DNA of 64,000 nucleotides, taken from the NCBI RefSeq assembly GCF_009914755.1, contig NC_060931.1, one strand, 5' to 3'. Position 1 is the stretch's first letter. Each line of letters opens with the position of its first letter. Source of the DNA: the human T2T-CHM13v2.0 reference genome, Homo sapiens. Made by a program: the position numbers and the translations under genes. Below the pieces are notes generated by a model. It was not told where the DNA came from and did no database searches. It saw only the letters and a list, made by a program, of their open reading frames with translations. Below, one piece after another: positions 1 through 20,040 of this stretch.

Positions 1-214
1 AGAACACAGGCATGCACAGAGAGATGACATGTGGAGACACAAGGAAAAATGACCATCTCGTCAAGGTGAAAAGCCTTTTGAAGAAACCAACCCTGCCAAA
101 GGTTAAAATTCCCTGTGGAATTTTAAGCTTCACAGATATGAGGAAGTAAATTTCTGTTGCTTAAACTGCCCAAGCTGTGGCACTTTGTTATGACAACCCT
201 ATCAGACTAATACA
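1..214 (+). mobile_element. MaLR LTR, 3' part (MLT1-type)
   Basis: GAAGAAACCAACCCTGCC...AAATTTCTGTTGCTTAAA...TTTGTTATGACAACCC...GACTAATACA resembles the MLT1 LTR 3' end; cut by the window edge. Confidence 0.75.
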
Positions 215-917
215 AATACCCTCTTGTGAAAGTCACCTTCACCCTTCAGACATCAAAATATGGCTCCTACCATCAGTGGCCACTGCAGGAGCATAAGCAG
301 TCATGACCTCAGGGGCCACTCTGGCGGAGAGCTTACCAAATTATCATTAGAGACTTTCAAATTTACCAGATTATTATCAAGCATTTTAGGGGGCATTGTT
401 TAATCCTAACATGTAATCCCTAAAATCTAGCCATCTACCTTTTAATTTTCTTTCTGTGAACCTAATTCTTGAGGTTCACAGTTTTCCTCCACGTAGTCTC
501 CTTACTCTCCTCAGGCTACACTTTTTTTTTTTTTGAAAGGATCATTTGATAAGGAATGAAAGCAAGATAGGGGAAGCATTTGGAGAATTGATTGCACTGC
601 ACAAATGCATTGATATGCTGGCTTGGGCGAGGTGATTATGTGCATTTATCATTTGTGTGATTATCTTAAAAGGAGCTCTTAAATAAGATAAAATAATTTG
701 CTGAACTTCAAAGGCAGGAATTAGGATTAGAGAAACTAAAAAGCAATGGATCTTGGTTGTGTTACCTTCTGTTGTTTCTCTTAAATGAAATTTGTCCTCT
801 GGTCCATGGACACATTCCAGTTGAGACTGGTAACCAGACTGCAATAGGATCTTTATGGCTCCCTGTCGGACATATCATCAAATGTTTAATATGCATAACT
901 ACTTCACTTTGGTGGCT

Positions 918-1205
918 TGTTCCCCTATACTTGCCTTACGCTGAAGACTTTAGTTGGTGACCACCCTTGAATGCCAGAAGCAGCAGGTTATTTATTGTTA
1001 AACATACACATACATGTATCGATTGGACTCTGACTACTTGGAAATTTAGAGATAAGACACTTTAAATACTAAGGGTACAAACAATACTGCAGGGACACAG
1101 AAGTTCTCTTCCTCTTGGTTGGTAAAGCAACTTGGAGAGTAGGGCGGACTCCCAGGTAAGGACCATCAAGTAGAGAAAACCTGGGAAGAGCTTGGCCTCG
1201 GAAAG
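918..1205 (+). repeat. Copy 1 of a ~290-bp local direct duplication
   Basis: TGTTCCCCTATACTTGCCTTA...GGAAGAGCTTGGC recurs at 3405-3699, about 88-90% identical by eye. Confidence 0.93.
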
Positions 1206-2059
1206 CTGGGGACCCCATGGAAAAACAAACATTAGTCTAGCATGAGCATATCATGTCTTCTTGACTCCCAAGGTTACCCTAAGACAGCATGAAGATCTCT
1301 TGGTCAGACAGGGGTCTAGCAAAGCTCTGTGTCACCAGAGATATTTAAGCGTTTTCTTGACTAGTGAATCCCAAATCTTGTAAATTGTCTCACTCAGATT
1401 AGTTGCCTGCTAGATAAAGCAGAATATTATCCTCCAGATAGATATAAAGAGTAATGAATAGACAGACTGATACACCCCTTGGATATGGTTAGAGAAGCTG
1501 GGAATAATTTAGATTTGTATGTCCCCTGAGCAAACTCATTTTAAAAGGAGACAAAAACCAACTATTGCTTAACTCTGCTATTCTTCACATCTTTATGCTG
1601 TACTTGACTGACTCTGACTTTAGTTTATTGATATCATTTTGTTTTATTTTAAAAGGTTTGTAGAAATACTATTCACAGGAAGCAAATAGGAATTCCTTAT
1701 CGCTAAACAGACACTAAGTCAATTGGGTAAGTCATGGAAAAAATATGTGGGCAATATGGCATAGAGGAGGCCATGTTAGTCTAGCCAAAGTAACTTCACA
1801 TGGAATCAGGAGGAATGTGAATAGTGCTACCTCCTCACACCTTTCAACCTGACAGTCTGGCTATTCTATTTAGGCTGCCTCTGGTCATTGTGGGGGAAGG
1901 GCAAGACATGCTGAAAAGGGCGTGCCACAATTGATCTTTGGGTGTGAGACTCATTTCCTGGAGGGGTGATAGGCAGTAATACTAGCAGTAAAACAGTAAA
2001 ACTTACTGGGGCACCGCCTTGTCTCACTGATACTGGAGGGATAGTTGTATTTCAGTCTA

Positions 2060-2476
<417 letters not shown>

Positions 2477-2980
2477 CTACTGTTTGGGGCTTATTTTGGG
2501 CTGTCATTTCCTATATTTTCCCAGAGATCTTATCCTGCCTGCTTTTTACTTTTCAGGTATTTCTCAAATGTTCTTATCCTCTTTTTTTATTTTCTAGTGC
2601 TGGTAATAATGTATTACTTTTAGAATTTTTTTCTCTCTTAGTGGTTGGAAGAGATAAGGAAATTTTCCTTCTTGGTTCAACTGAAGATAAAAATTTATTT
2701 TGAAAAGAGAATCATAGTTTTCAGGAAGAAAGCCTAACTATATCCACTGATGATAAACTCTCTCATCTTACCCATCAGTGCTAAGTATTTAAATGACTAC
2801 ACAGATCTTTTTTAAAAATTATTTTCTAGGAAACCATATACCAAAGTCAAAAAGATCACAGTTAATACAACCTTTAGATTTATTTTAAAGTTGCATTATT
2901 CTAAGGAGGCTACCTAATTTATATAGAACTAAAATTCTTTCATGTTAAAGAAGAAGCGAAATTTACTTATAAAACAAAGG

Positions 2981-3699
<719 letters not shown>

Positions 3700-3902
3700 G
3701 AGTGAGTAATGAAAGGGGAAGGTCCCCTTATAAAAGCAGCAGATCTCATGATAGCTCATTCACTACCATGAGAACAGCATGGGGGAAACTGCCCCCTATG
3801 ATTCAATCACCGCCAACCAGCTCTCTCCCTAGACAAATGGGGATTATGGGGATTACAATTCCAGATGATATTTCAGTGGGGACATAAAGCCTAACCATAT
3901 CA
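3700..3902 (-). mobile_element. Truncated MaLR LTR (THE1/MST-type), 5' ~200 bp only
   Basis: CATGAGAACAGCATGGGGGAAACTGCCCCTATGATTCAATCACC...GGGATTACAATT...AACCATATCA is the reverse complement of the LTR 5' end TGATATGGTT. Confidence 0.88.
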
Positions 3903-6185
3903 GGGGTCTAATGGAAAAAGTATAAAAAAGTATACAATATGTAAGAATAGATAAGTAGTATAAGCAGAGAGATGGAAGCACTAAGAAAGAATAAAAAGAA
4001 AATGCTATAAATAGAAAACAGTATAAAAGAAATAAAGATGCCATTGATGGGTTCATCAGTAGACTGGATATCACCAAAGAAAGCTTGAAGATGTGTTCAT
4101 AGAAACTTTTCAAACTGAAAATCAAGGAGAAAAAAAAGAATGAAAATAAAAGAATAGTATATTTGAGAACAATAATCCAGTAATTACAAAAGTTGTAATA
4201 TATTTATAATGAGAATGCCAAAAGCAATACAAAGAAAAAAGAGTAGAAGAAATAGTTGGGGTAATTATGGCTGAGAATTTTCTAAAATTAATAACAGACA
4301 CCAAATCATAGCTCTAGGAAGCTCAGAGAATACCAAGCAGGATAAATGCCAACTCCCCTGACCCTACAAAACCAGAAACCAAACCAAACCAGAACTATAC
4401 TTAGGCATATGATATTCAAACTGTAGAATATTAAAGACAAAGAGAAAATCTTGAAAGAAGCCAGAGGGGAAAACACCTTACCTATAGAAGAAAAAAAATA
4501 GAATTACACAGATTTACCATCAGAAACCATTGCAAGCAAGAATAGAGTGGGGTGAAATTTTAAAGTTTTGGCATGGTGGGTGTGGAAGGAGGAGCCCCTA
4601 CCAACCTACAGTTTTGTGTCTATTAAAATTATCCCTCAAAAGTGAAGGAGAAATGAAGACTTTCTCAGACTAACGAAAATGGCGGGAATTTGTTGCCAGT
4701 AGACTTACCTTGCAAGAAACCCTAAAAGAAGTTTTTTAGAAAGAAGGAAAATGACATAATTCAGAAACATGGATCTACAAGAAAGGAAGAGTATTAAAGA
4801 AGGTATAAATGAAACTAAAATCTTTTATTTTTCAAATTTTTAATTGATATAACCAATAACAGTTTGTTCAAAATAGTAATAGCAACAATGTATTTGGTAA
4901 TTATAGCTTATGGATAAGTGAAATAGATGATAGCAGTGTTGGGACAAGAGGGGGAAATTGAGAATACTATGTTATAAGGTATTTGCACTACCCATGGAGC
5001 AGTATAGTGTTATTTTAAAGTGAACTTGGATTAACTGTATATGTATATTGCACACTCTAGGGCAACCCCTTAAACATTTTTTGAAAGAAGTACTACTGAT
5101 ATTCTATAAGAGGAGAGAAAAGGGAATCATATAAATTGCTCAATTAAAACCAAAGATGGCAGGAAAAAGAGCAGGAAATAGAAAAACAAAGAACAGGGTA
5201 ACAAATAGAAAACACTAACAAATATGGTTGATATTAATCCAACTATATCAATAATCACTTTAAATTTCAATGGTCTAACTATACTGATTAAAAGACAAAG
5301 ACTGTCAGAATGGATGAACAAACAAGATCCTACAGTATGTTGTCTACAGAAAACTCAGTCTAAGTTAAAAGGCTCATTTTAAAAGTAAAGGGATGGAGAA
5401 AAATATACCATGTTACACCAACCAAAGGAAGCTCTATCAGAAATGGACAGATCCAACAGGCAGAAAAGCAGTTAAGGATAAAATTGAACTGAACAGAGCC
5501 ATCAATGAACTGGATCTAATTGACATATATAGATTGTTTCATTCAACAACAGCAGGATATACATTATTCCCAAGTTCACATGGAACAGTCACCAAGGCAG
5601 ACCAAATTCTGGGCCATAAAAACAGTTAAACAAATTTAAAATAATAGAAATCATTCCTATATCCTCTTAGACCACCAAGAAATAAAGTAGAAATCGATAA
5701 CAGAAAGAGCACTAGAAAATTCCTAAGTATTTGGAGATTAAACAATAGACTTCTAAATAAAACATGGATTTAAGTCTTAAGAGAAATTTGTTAATGTTTT
5801 GAACTGAATAAAAATGAAAATACAACTTGTCGAGATTTGTAGAATGCAGCAAAAGCAGTGCTTAGAGGGAATATTTTAGCATTGAATGCATTGAATCTAT
5901 AATCAATAATATAAGCTTCCACCTCAAGAAACTAGAGGAAAAGCAATATAAACATAAAGCAAGCAGAAGAAAAGAAATAATAAAATTTGGAGCAGAAATT
6001 AATTAACTGGAACCAGGAAATCAATAGAGAAAGTCAACAAAACCAAAAGCTGGCTATTTGAAAAGATTAATAAAATTGATAAACCTCTAGCCAGAAACCA
6101 AGGAAAAAAGAGAAAATGCAAATTACTAATATCAGATATGAAAGAGGGGTAATAATTACTGATCACATGGACATGAAAAGAATCT
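3903..6185 (+). mobile_element. Old L1M fragment covering ORF1, inter-ORF region and ORF2 endonuclease, degraded
   Basis: A-rich L1 sense strand; ORF remnant ELDLIDIYRLFHSTTAGYTLFPSSHGT matches L1 endonuclease; GAAGCTCAGAGAATACCAAGCAGGATAAAT is ORF1-like. Confidence 0.88.
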
Positions 6186-6689
6186 ATTTATCTGGTGGAA
6201 CCCTAATGACATAGTTACATACATGTAAATTCATATATATGTAAAACATAAGGCATGAATGAATAATCATCAAAATCAATGTAAAGGTTGCCCTTGGGGA
6301 AGAATCTAGAATAGAGTTTCAACTTAGAAGTTGATTTTAGCCTTATACACTTTTTTTAAAACCAAGAGAAGGTATTCATATATTTCTTACGCAATGAAAA
6401 ATATTTTTCAAAGAAAAGAGCAGTCAAAAACCTACATAATCATCTAATCAGCATTACACGAGGCAAAGGTAAGTGTCGTTAATAGAGGAATGCACACAAC
6501 AAATAAAGGTGTGAGAGAAAAGCTTCCTATCATTTCTGATGGCACAATACACTTTCACCAAGGGCTTACAGTGCTTACCAGTAAGACAGCAGGATTAAAA
6601 AAAAAAAAGAAAAACAAAAATGGTGTCCACCCTCCTGTGAAGGAGATGTCACCATCAGTCCCATCCCTTGAGCACCTACTCTCATTCCT

Positions 6690-7075
6690 AAGAGCCAACA
6701 TTTTATTGAGTAATCACCAAGTACCAAGACACTGTTCTTCATGTTTTAAAACATTTATTTGCCAGTCAGTCCTTATAGCAGGCACATGTGCATAGGCATT
6801 ATTTTTATTATCCCTGTCCTGAAGAAAGAAACCAAGCATAGACAGCTTAGTAACTTGCTTATGGTCACCCAGCTAGAAGATGGGATTCAAACTCACTCTG
6901 CCTTGCTATTAATACTGCCTTGTTATCTTGTTTTGTCCTTACCAATACCTGGCCAAGTACTACCCATTCTTATTTAACATGTGAGGAAACTGAAACCTGA
7001 AGAGGTCATGGAAGTTCTGTGTGGCCACACCAATGGTAGACAGCAGAACCAGATTTCAAACCAGCTTTTTCTCCA
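6690..7075 (-). mobile_element. MIR SINE fragments
   Basis: GAGGAAACTGAAAC, AGTAACTTGCTTATGGTCACCCAGCTAG and GGGATTCAAACTCA are MIR core motifs. Confidence 0.65.
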
Positions 7076-7125
7076 GCATTATTCTTCATGAGAAGAATAA
7101 TTAAACTTATTGTGTAATAAAGTGT

Positions 7126-7531
7126 GTTTTTAAGGTATAATGTCTTATTTTTTCCAGCTTTATTCAACTATAATAAATGTACAAATAGAGATGTATATAA
7201 TTCGCATACACAATTTAGTGAGTTTGGGCATATGTATATACTTATGTTACCATCACCACAATTCAGTTAATAAACACATCCATCACCTCTAAAAGTTTCC
7301 TTGTGTCGCTTTGTGTGTTTTGTTTTGTTGTTTTGTGGTAAGAACACTTAACGTGAGATCTACTCTCAACAAATTTTTAAGTGCACAATACTCCATCGTT
7401 AACTGTAGGCACCATGTTGTATTGCAGATATCTGGAGCTTACTCACTTGTATAACTTTATATCCACTGAACTAGTCAATAGAATAGTGGTTACCAGGGGA
7501 TGGGTGGAGGGGGATGTGAGGAGTTGTTGTT
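7126..7531 (-). mobile_element. Short L1MA-type 3' end with a 5' inversion
   Basis: L1MA 3' UTR antisense to about 7471, then about 60 bp in sense orientation; TAATAAAGTGT at 7115-7125 and 7532-7542 as TSD. Confidence 0.78.
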
Positions 7532-9391
7532 TAATAAAGTGTTATGGAGGCACTGATAGCAAATACCTCCTGGGTGATAATTTTGAGCCTCTTTGCCACT
7601 CTCTATTTCTTCTTTACCTTAGTCAGTTTCCTCCCAGTTTCCTTCCTTTTTCTTTTCTTGCTATATCTTTGCATAGATTTCCTCTTTATCCTCTTAATAG
7701 CTGCTTTCTCTATCAGCCTTTCTCCCTTTCCCTTCTCTCTGCCTGGCTTTCTTAACTCCACTGTCTCTGAATATTTATACCAAACTCCTAACTTAAAAAA
7801 ACAAAATTCTTCATAGTTCTCGGTTTGAGAGAAGGGCAGGAGATGAAGCACTTGTGCTCTTGGTTAAATTCAGGTCTTTGACTGTTGATCAATTATTTTC
7901 TGAAAAGTTAATGTTTTCTTCTTGTTCATGTTCACAATTATTGTGGCTGCAGTGATTTTATATATGCATACGTGTATTCTTCTATATGACATTTACAAGT
8001 GTTGACAGAATATTGCCTTTTTCAGTAAAGATCTTGCCAGCTGGTGCCTGGGTGCATAGACTGCCTATGGCTCTTGAATTGCATGCTGAAAACTTCATAA
8101 TGAAACCAGAAAATCACAGAAGCATAAACACAGCTGCTTATGCCTATAAAGTAAGTGGTTTACAAGGGAAAGCCTAATCAGTAGAATCGAGTGTTTAGTC
8201 AATTACATTAACAGTAGACAAATAGAAATCATATGTATTTGACAGGAGGCCATTTTAAGAAACTTTGTATTTGTATGCTGCAAACATAATGAGACACTTA
8301 AAAAGAAATGTCATCCATTATTCATGAATTTGAATAAAATACAGAGCTCTCTTGAAAAAAATCAGAAAATTAAAGTTCTTTTAAGAATGTGAAGGTTTTG
8401 ATTTTAATAGCTCATTTTATTTTTTAAGTTGGTTTGGAGGTGCTTTTTCTATGATAAGTGATTTTTATGTGGTGACAAACAAAAAGATTTAATATATTTT
8501 AAATATGCCAGAGAGATTGTTTCAGAAAACCCTGTATGCTTGGGAATTTTCAAAGCTGTAAGAAACAAAATCTCTATTAGAACTTGAACTGGGCTGGGGG
8601 CAGGCCATAGAGAATAGTTAGAACCAGCAGGCTGTAGCAGGTAATTAAGGAAGTTCTCTCAATGGATCATCTGAGGTAATCAGTGCACAGGTGAACCATT
8701 CAGGGAATCTTGTAGCACACAAAGGTCAGAGGTCAATTCAGGAAGCTCAGAAGGCCCACTGCTGGCTCATTGGTGGAATTTCAGCCTTTGGGATTCCACA
8801 ACACAAAAAGATCAGTGATGAAATTGAAAACGAACCAGGAAAGACCCTTGTGCTGGGACTGGAGTACAAAGATTCTGCTACTGGAACTGGGGCCATTTCC
8901 AGGACATCCAGACATGAGGTACAGTTGTGAAATCATTTGTTTCTTAAATTTTACTGATTAAGGACTGTTTTGAGAGCTTGAAGTGGGGCCAAGCTACACT
9001 GTCTTGCGATAAGGTCTGTGGGGGAGTAGGTGAAGCCAAATTGCTAATGAAATTTTACTAATCCAATATAATCGCAGTGGTGATAAATCAGTAAATGATA
9101 AATTTCCAGTGTGAACAACTAGCAGTTCCAAGTTTCACAAAGCGTTTCTAAAAGCATTTCTAAATTCTAGTTATTATGGGACTAGAAGTCCTTAGGGGCA
9201 TTTTAATAAATAGATAAGATTCAGGGTTGTGTAATTAGCACATCAGCAGAGATCCCCAAACAACTGTGCATGGATCAGTAGCATTAGAATCACCTGGTGG
9301 ACTGCAACTGGTCTAAGGAATCTGATCTGAGAGAAAAGCCAGAGAATCTGCATTTTCTGCAAGCTCCCTAGAGAGCCACTGACATTGATGA

Positions 9392-9738
<347 letters not shown>

Positions 9739-10329
9739 CACAGACAGCATTTTAAGTGTTCCAAAGAATTTAAGGATTTGAAGTCTTTGTTCTCTCAAAT
9801 AGTTAAGCATCCTTTCTTCCAATAGTATCATGTAAACGTGAGTAAATACAGCTTCTTGTATGCCATAATGTGTAACTGTAGCTCAGTGCTTCTCAGAATT
9901 ATCAGGAATTCCAGTTTAATAAATCTGAATTAACTCTTAATTCCAGAAAACCATCTCCCTAAATCCCTCTACTTCATTACAATTCCATCATACTCCTCTG
10001 AACGTACCTTCTCGCAGAGAACAATGTCTTTGGAACAATCTCTGCTGAATTCCACTTATGCCCCACTGTCATTCCTTTCATGCTTGAGTGACTTTTGTCT
10101 GGTGTAGTCGAGATGTGAGAAAAAGCCTTGATCCAGATCATCAGAATGTAAGGACTCTACAACCAGTCAGATTATTATCCTCAGTACACAGATAAAGACA
10201 CAAGGGGTGCATCAGACTTTGACACCTGAGTAGGGTTTCTGCCCCCAAATCTCTGGGCAACTCACTCTTTCTGGTTGGCAGTTGAAAATGGTTTCTAAGT
10301 TTGTTCATAAATCCTAGGCTATCTCAGAA

Positions 10330-10640
10330 TCCTGGATGGGGAGTCAGGTGACCTGAAATCAGTACTAGCCAGCTGCGTGGCCTTAAGCAAATAGCTGCTC
10401 TGCTCTGGGCTCTATTTTCCTGTGTAGTGGTAGGAACAAAGGTTTGAATCCTTACTCCACTTCCTACTGTTTATGTGATTTTTGGCAAGTTATTAACATC
10501 TAGCATCTCAGTCTCCTCGCCTGTAAGCAGAGGTAATAAAAGGACTGTTATTTTATACTCTTATGAATTCATATTTATAAATTTGTTATAAATTATTAGA
10601 GCAGTTTACTCAGATATTGTAAGTTTTAGCTATTGTTATA
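10330..10640 (+). mobile_element. MIR fragments
   Basis: GGTTTGAATCC...TTGGCAAGTTATTAAC...TCTCAGTCTCCTCGCCTGTAA. Confidence 0.6.
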
Positions 10641-11125
10641 TGTAGGAAGAAGGGAGATAATAGATATGAAAAACACTTTGAAATGATTGAAAGCCCATAT
10701 GTACATGAGAAGATAAGTGAAAAAGATACAGTATTAACTATCTAATTCTGTGTAACAAATTATTCCCAAGTTTTGCAGCTTGCTTACTATCTCACATAGT
10801 TTCTAAAAATAAATGGTTTTGGCTCAGTGTGTCTCATAAGAGTCAGGAGCTCAACTAAGCTGGAGGACCTGAGATGTCAGTAGCTGATTAAAACAACCAG
10901 CCCAAACAGAAGTGATAGCGAGGTCTTTCATCACTTACTGTGATAGTGTTCATAAGAGGCTAAGATGGGAGAAAGCGCCAATCACCTGCAGTTCCATTTT
11001 TCCCCCTTGGAATAGTATGTTGGTTGAGGGTCAGATGATTTGTCTCAGTGTTGAAGGAGCCCTGAACAAAGGGCTCCTGAAGTTTTATGGACCTGGGGTG
11101 GGAAGGAGGACTAGAAGTAGGAAAG

Positions 11126-12409
<1,284 letters not shown>

Positions 12410-14544
12410 TTCTCAAGGTGACGTGCTGGGACCACCCGTATGATCACCTGAGGAACCTGCTGCCCTCCAGGCCTGTGTTTGCTTTCTCATTCACTAGTTT
12501 TAAAATGGAACCAGGACATTTAACATTTTAAGTTCACCTGTGATTTTGCTGCCTGCAACAATTTGAGAACCACCAGATGAGGAGGCTGAAAAGGAGGGGG
12601 AGAGTAGGTCAGAAACAACCAGAAAGGCTTGGCAATGACACAGTCAGGTGATCGTCACTTACTGTGCATTATACACTCTCTACTTGTTTTTACTCTTCCC
12701 TTTTCCAGGTAGGAATGTTCCATCTCTGGCTAGATTCACCTGGAAATACAGAAGGAAAGCTAATTGGGAATGGCTTAAAAAAATCAGGATTTAGACTAAG
12801 AACAGATGTGGCTCTTATAGTGGTACTCAGTGATAGCACCATCCCAAACACCGGGGCTGGTCTAGATTGTCTTTCTGGCTTTTTTTTTTTTTTTTTTTCT
12901 GCTGATAGAAAATGCAAACCTTGATTGACATATGAGCTGGTTAGGTTGCTTCTCACGCGTATCTGCATGCCCTGTGACAGGTTGATTAGAACTATTTAGC
13001 TTGACTTGATTTATCTGGTTCAGCCTCACGGGGATATTTCAGATTGCATTGAAGTGGTCCTGGTGCTAAAGCAGAGGCCATGCTTTGCTGTGGGAAAGCT
13101 GGCTGGACTTCGGTGGTCCTATGGGACAGAGTTCGCTGTTTCAGTGGTGTAGTGATTGTGGCCACTGGTAATGATGCAGTGAATGAGTAGTTAATAAAGC
13201 GTGCAAATCCTAATGGCAGTGGCTATCTGAGCAAGAGGTCTTCATTCGGAGCCTACTGGGAAGAATCATAGAAGTAAGAAATTCACATCTCTTGTTCTTG
13301 GTAACATGATAGAGCATTATCAACATTTGATATTTTTGTCTGCCATCCACACTGGCCCCAATCAACAGCAGTCTGGAAAATCCCCGAAAGAGTATGTATA
13401 AATTTCTTTCTTTAGGGTCTTAAAAAGCCCAAGGGCATGGCCTAAGAAATGTGAATAAGTTTTCCACTCATCTACTGATTGCTTTCTGACCAGATTATGT
13501 GTTACACAGAAGTCCAATTTAATGAAGAGAAAGGTCTCATGCTTAGGACAGTGAGGATCTACTTCTCACTGTGGTATTATGGATCCAATACTCTGAAAAG
13601 CCATCCAGCTGAAACACGCATAGATCCTGAACAACAAACATGTTTTTTAAAATGGCTGCGTTTGCAAGAAAGTAAATTCCTAAGAGCCAAAATTTAAAAC
13701 TAGACTGAAATCAGGGCTGCAAGTGAACATAGAAGACTGGCCTTCCCTAGGGCAGATGCTGATACCTAGAATCTAGAGCTTTGGGGTTTATACTCACTAA
13801 GAAAATTAAAGGGCAGGCCTTGTGCCTATGCAAGACAAGGAAATAGAGCCTGGGATGCAAATATAATGTCAAGGCCTGTTGAAAGAGCTATGACTTCAAT
13901 GAAATAATGAGTTAGAAAAAAATCTGACAAAGCAGCAAAAGGCAGCTAAGAGGAGATTGTCTGGGTTGCTGCACTGGGTGGAAAACAACAACAACAACGA
14001 AAATCACAATATGTGTCTCCAGAGAATTTTAAATCTCATCCAATCACTTGTGATTGTGGAGTTTACATTTATACTGTCCATTGAGCCAGGAAAATCCCAA
14101 ACTGGAGGAAGTAAAGTAGTCCAGGTTGGTAGTATTTCCTGGTGCCTGGCATAAGCAAATACAGGTCATGGAGAAGCAGAACTTACTTGAACTCTTAGGA
14201 TTCTCACACATTAGATTAAAACAAATACAAATTCCTAATTGAAAAATTACCAATCACAAGTAAACAAACCTTGATGACTAAAAGTCAGCAACCACAACAA
14301 ACATTAGATTTAGAACATATAGAATTCAGATAATGGAACTTTCCAATGTTGAATATAGGCAACTATTTAAAGAAAGGAAAGTTAAAAGTAAAAAAAATCT
14401 AGAACACAAAAATAACAAAATAATTAGCAAGCAGAATCCAATACCATGTCGAGAAAATAATAAATCATGACCAAATGAGATTTATTCTAGGAATGAAGAG
14501 TTGGTTTAATGTTAGAAAATTTATTAATATATACCATATTAATA

Positions 14545-14960
14545 AGCAGAAGTGGGAGCACACCTTTAAATAGCTCTATTGTGACATAACCTAAATAAAT
14601 AGCACATATTTAAAATGAGCTATTTGATGAGTTTTGACACATGCACACCTGTGAAACCAGCACCAAAGGCAAGAAAATAAACATACACATCACCTCAAAA
14701 AGTTTCTTCATGCTATTTTGTAATCCTTCCCCCCTTTTTCTTTTTGTGAGCTCCTCCCCATAGTCATGCAACCACTGATAGGCTTTCTGTTACTATAGAT
14801 TAGTTTGCATCTTCTAGAATTTTATATAAGTAGAGTCATACAGTATGTACTCTAATTTCATCCGGCTTCTTCCACTCAGCATAATTATTTGGGGATTTGT
14901 TCGTGTTGTTATGTGTATCAGTCAATCATTCTTTTTTGCTGAGTGTTGTTCCAATGTTTG
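14545..14960 (-). mobile_element. Old L1M 3' UTR fragment
   Basis: GCAACCACTGAT...TATAGATTAGTTTGCAT...TCTAGAATTTTATATAA...TTCCACTCAGCATAAT. Confidence 0.75.
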
Positions 14961-16546
14961 TTAGACTTTAGAACATTTGTGGTAGGTTTTCTCCAGTTGA
15001 GTGGGCTCCAGCAATTGTGCAGGGTAGAGGGAAATGGAAGAATGGAAAAGGCCTCCACTTGCTCCTTAAGGTCAACAGCCATAGGTCTATTTGGATTCAG
15101 AAGCATAGGTAATCCTTAAATTTGGCTTATGCCCTTGGAGTGAACAGAGCTCTTATGGGACTGCGGCTCTAACTTGTCCTGGTTTGTGTCTGTATTGAGG
15201 CATAGAAACTGGCTAACGAGCTTTGAATCTATATATTTCTATGTTCTTAAGTGGTTGCACTAGCATGCATGTTGGGGGACTTTGCCACGCAAGCTATATT
15301 TTCTTCTTGATTTTTTCTGAAAAACCAAGGTGCAAAAGCTTGTTTGGTTCACTCTGGCCACACCTGGGTCCCTCCCAACCTTATCACAGGAGCCCAGAAG
15401 GAAACTAACCAAACTTTTTGCTGAAGGTTGTATAATGTGTGGTGGGGGAAGGTGGCAGAGGAGTGGGGGAGAACACAGCTTTGAAACAATGACTTACAAC
15501 TATCTTCTCACAAACATTTATCATTCCTTGGATTTCTTATAAAATGCTCAGGTAGGAGGAAGAAGGTATGGAACAAAAGGTAAGAATGGAGTTCAGGAGG
15601 ATTCATAACTCTTCCCAGACACATGGAGACCTGTGAGTCCATAGCAGTTTCCTTAACAGTCTGTCATGCTAGGGTAACAGCTAGCTTCAGGCCTGCAGAA
15701 AGATGGGAAGCTAGGACCAATCAAGTTGTCTTAGGGTTTAAGTGAAGAGTGTGCAATTGAGAGGAGACCAGAATGATCCTGAGATACATCGCGCTGGTGA
15801 GCCGCATCTGATGTTCTGGGAACCGCTGAGAAGAATCAGGACAAACGTTGGCTGAGGGTCAGGAGGATAGACCTGGGTAGGCATGGAGGATCATAAGGGT
15901 GAGAAAGGAGCTGGAGAAGCAGCATGTGACCATGTCAGGAAAGGTAAGAGTGGCTGATAATAAGAAAAGTAAACAAATGATTTTCAGACTGTGAAGGTTT
16001 ATCGGCTAAGGTCTTTTGCTATCTCAGCTCTTGTAGCATACTTCCTTCCAATCCAGGCTGGAACCGATTCTCAAGCAGGTTGTCACAGAGGCAAACTGGA
16101 ACACCTGCTAGGGGAATGTGGTAGCAGCAGGGAAATGTACTTTCTTATGGGAATCTTTGGCTTTCCTGAAAAATTGATTATGTGCTTTAAAAAGTCTTTT
16201 GAATAGTGGCTCTTCTAGTGCTTTAGAAATTACTTGATTTATACACAAAATTCCTGCTGAGTAACCAATGTACCATATTTTTAAAACAATAATGATTGTA
16301 ATTCCACCATAGCCATGATCCCCACTCTGATCATCGCAAATGCAGATAAGCAGGAATTATGTTTGTCAGCAGCAAAAGCAGCAATAGCAGCCAAAATGAA
16401 TTTGGCTTGCTATATGCCAGAGACTATTCTGACAGCATTTCAAACATTAATTCATTTAATTCTCACCACAGTCTTATGAGGCAGGCATCATTATTCCCAT
16501 TTTATAGAGTGACCTTGGTACATTTCACTGAGTTAACAATGTTTTC

Positions 16547-20040
<3,494 letters not shown>

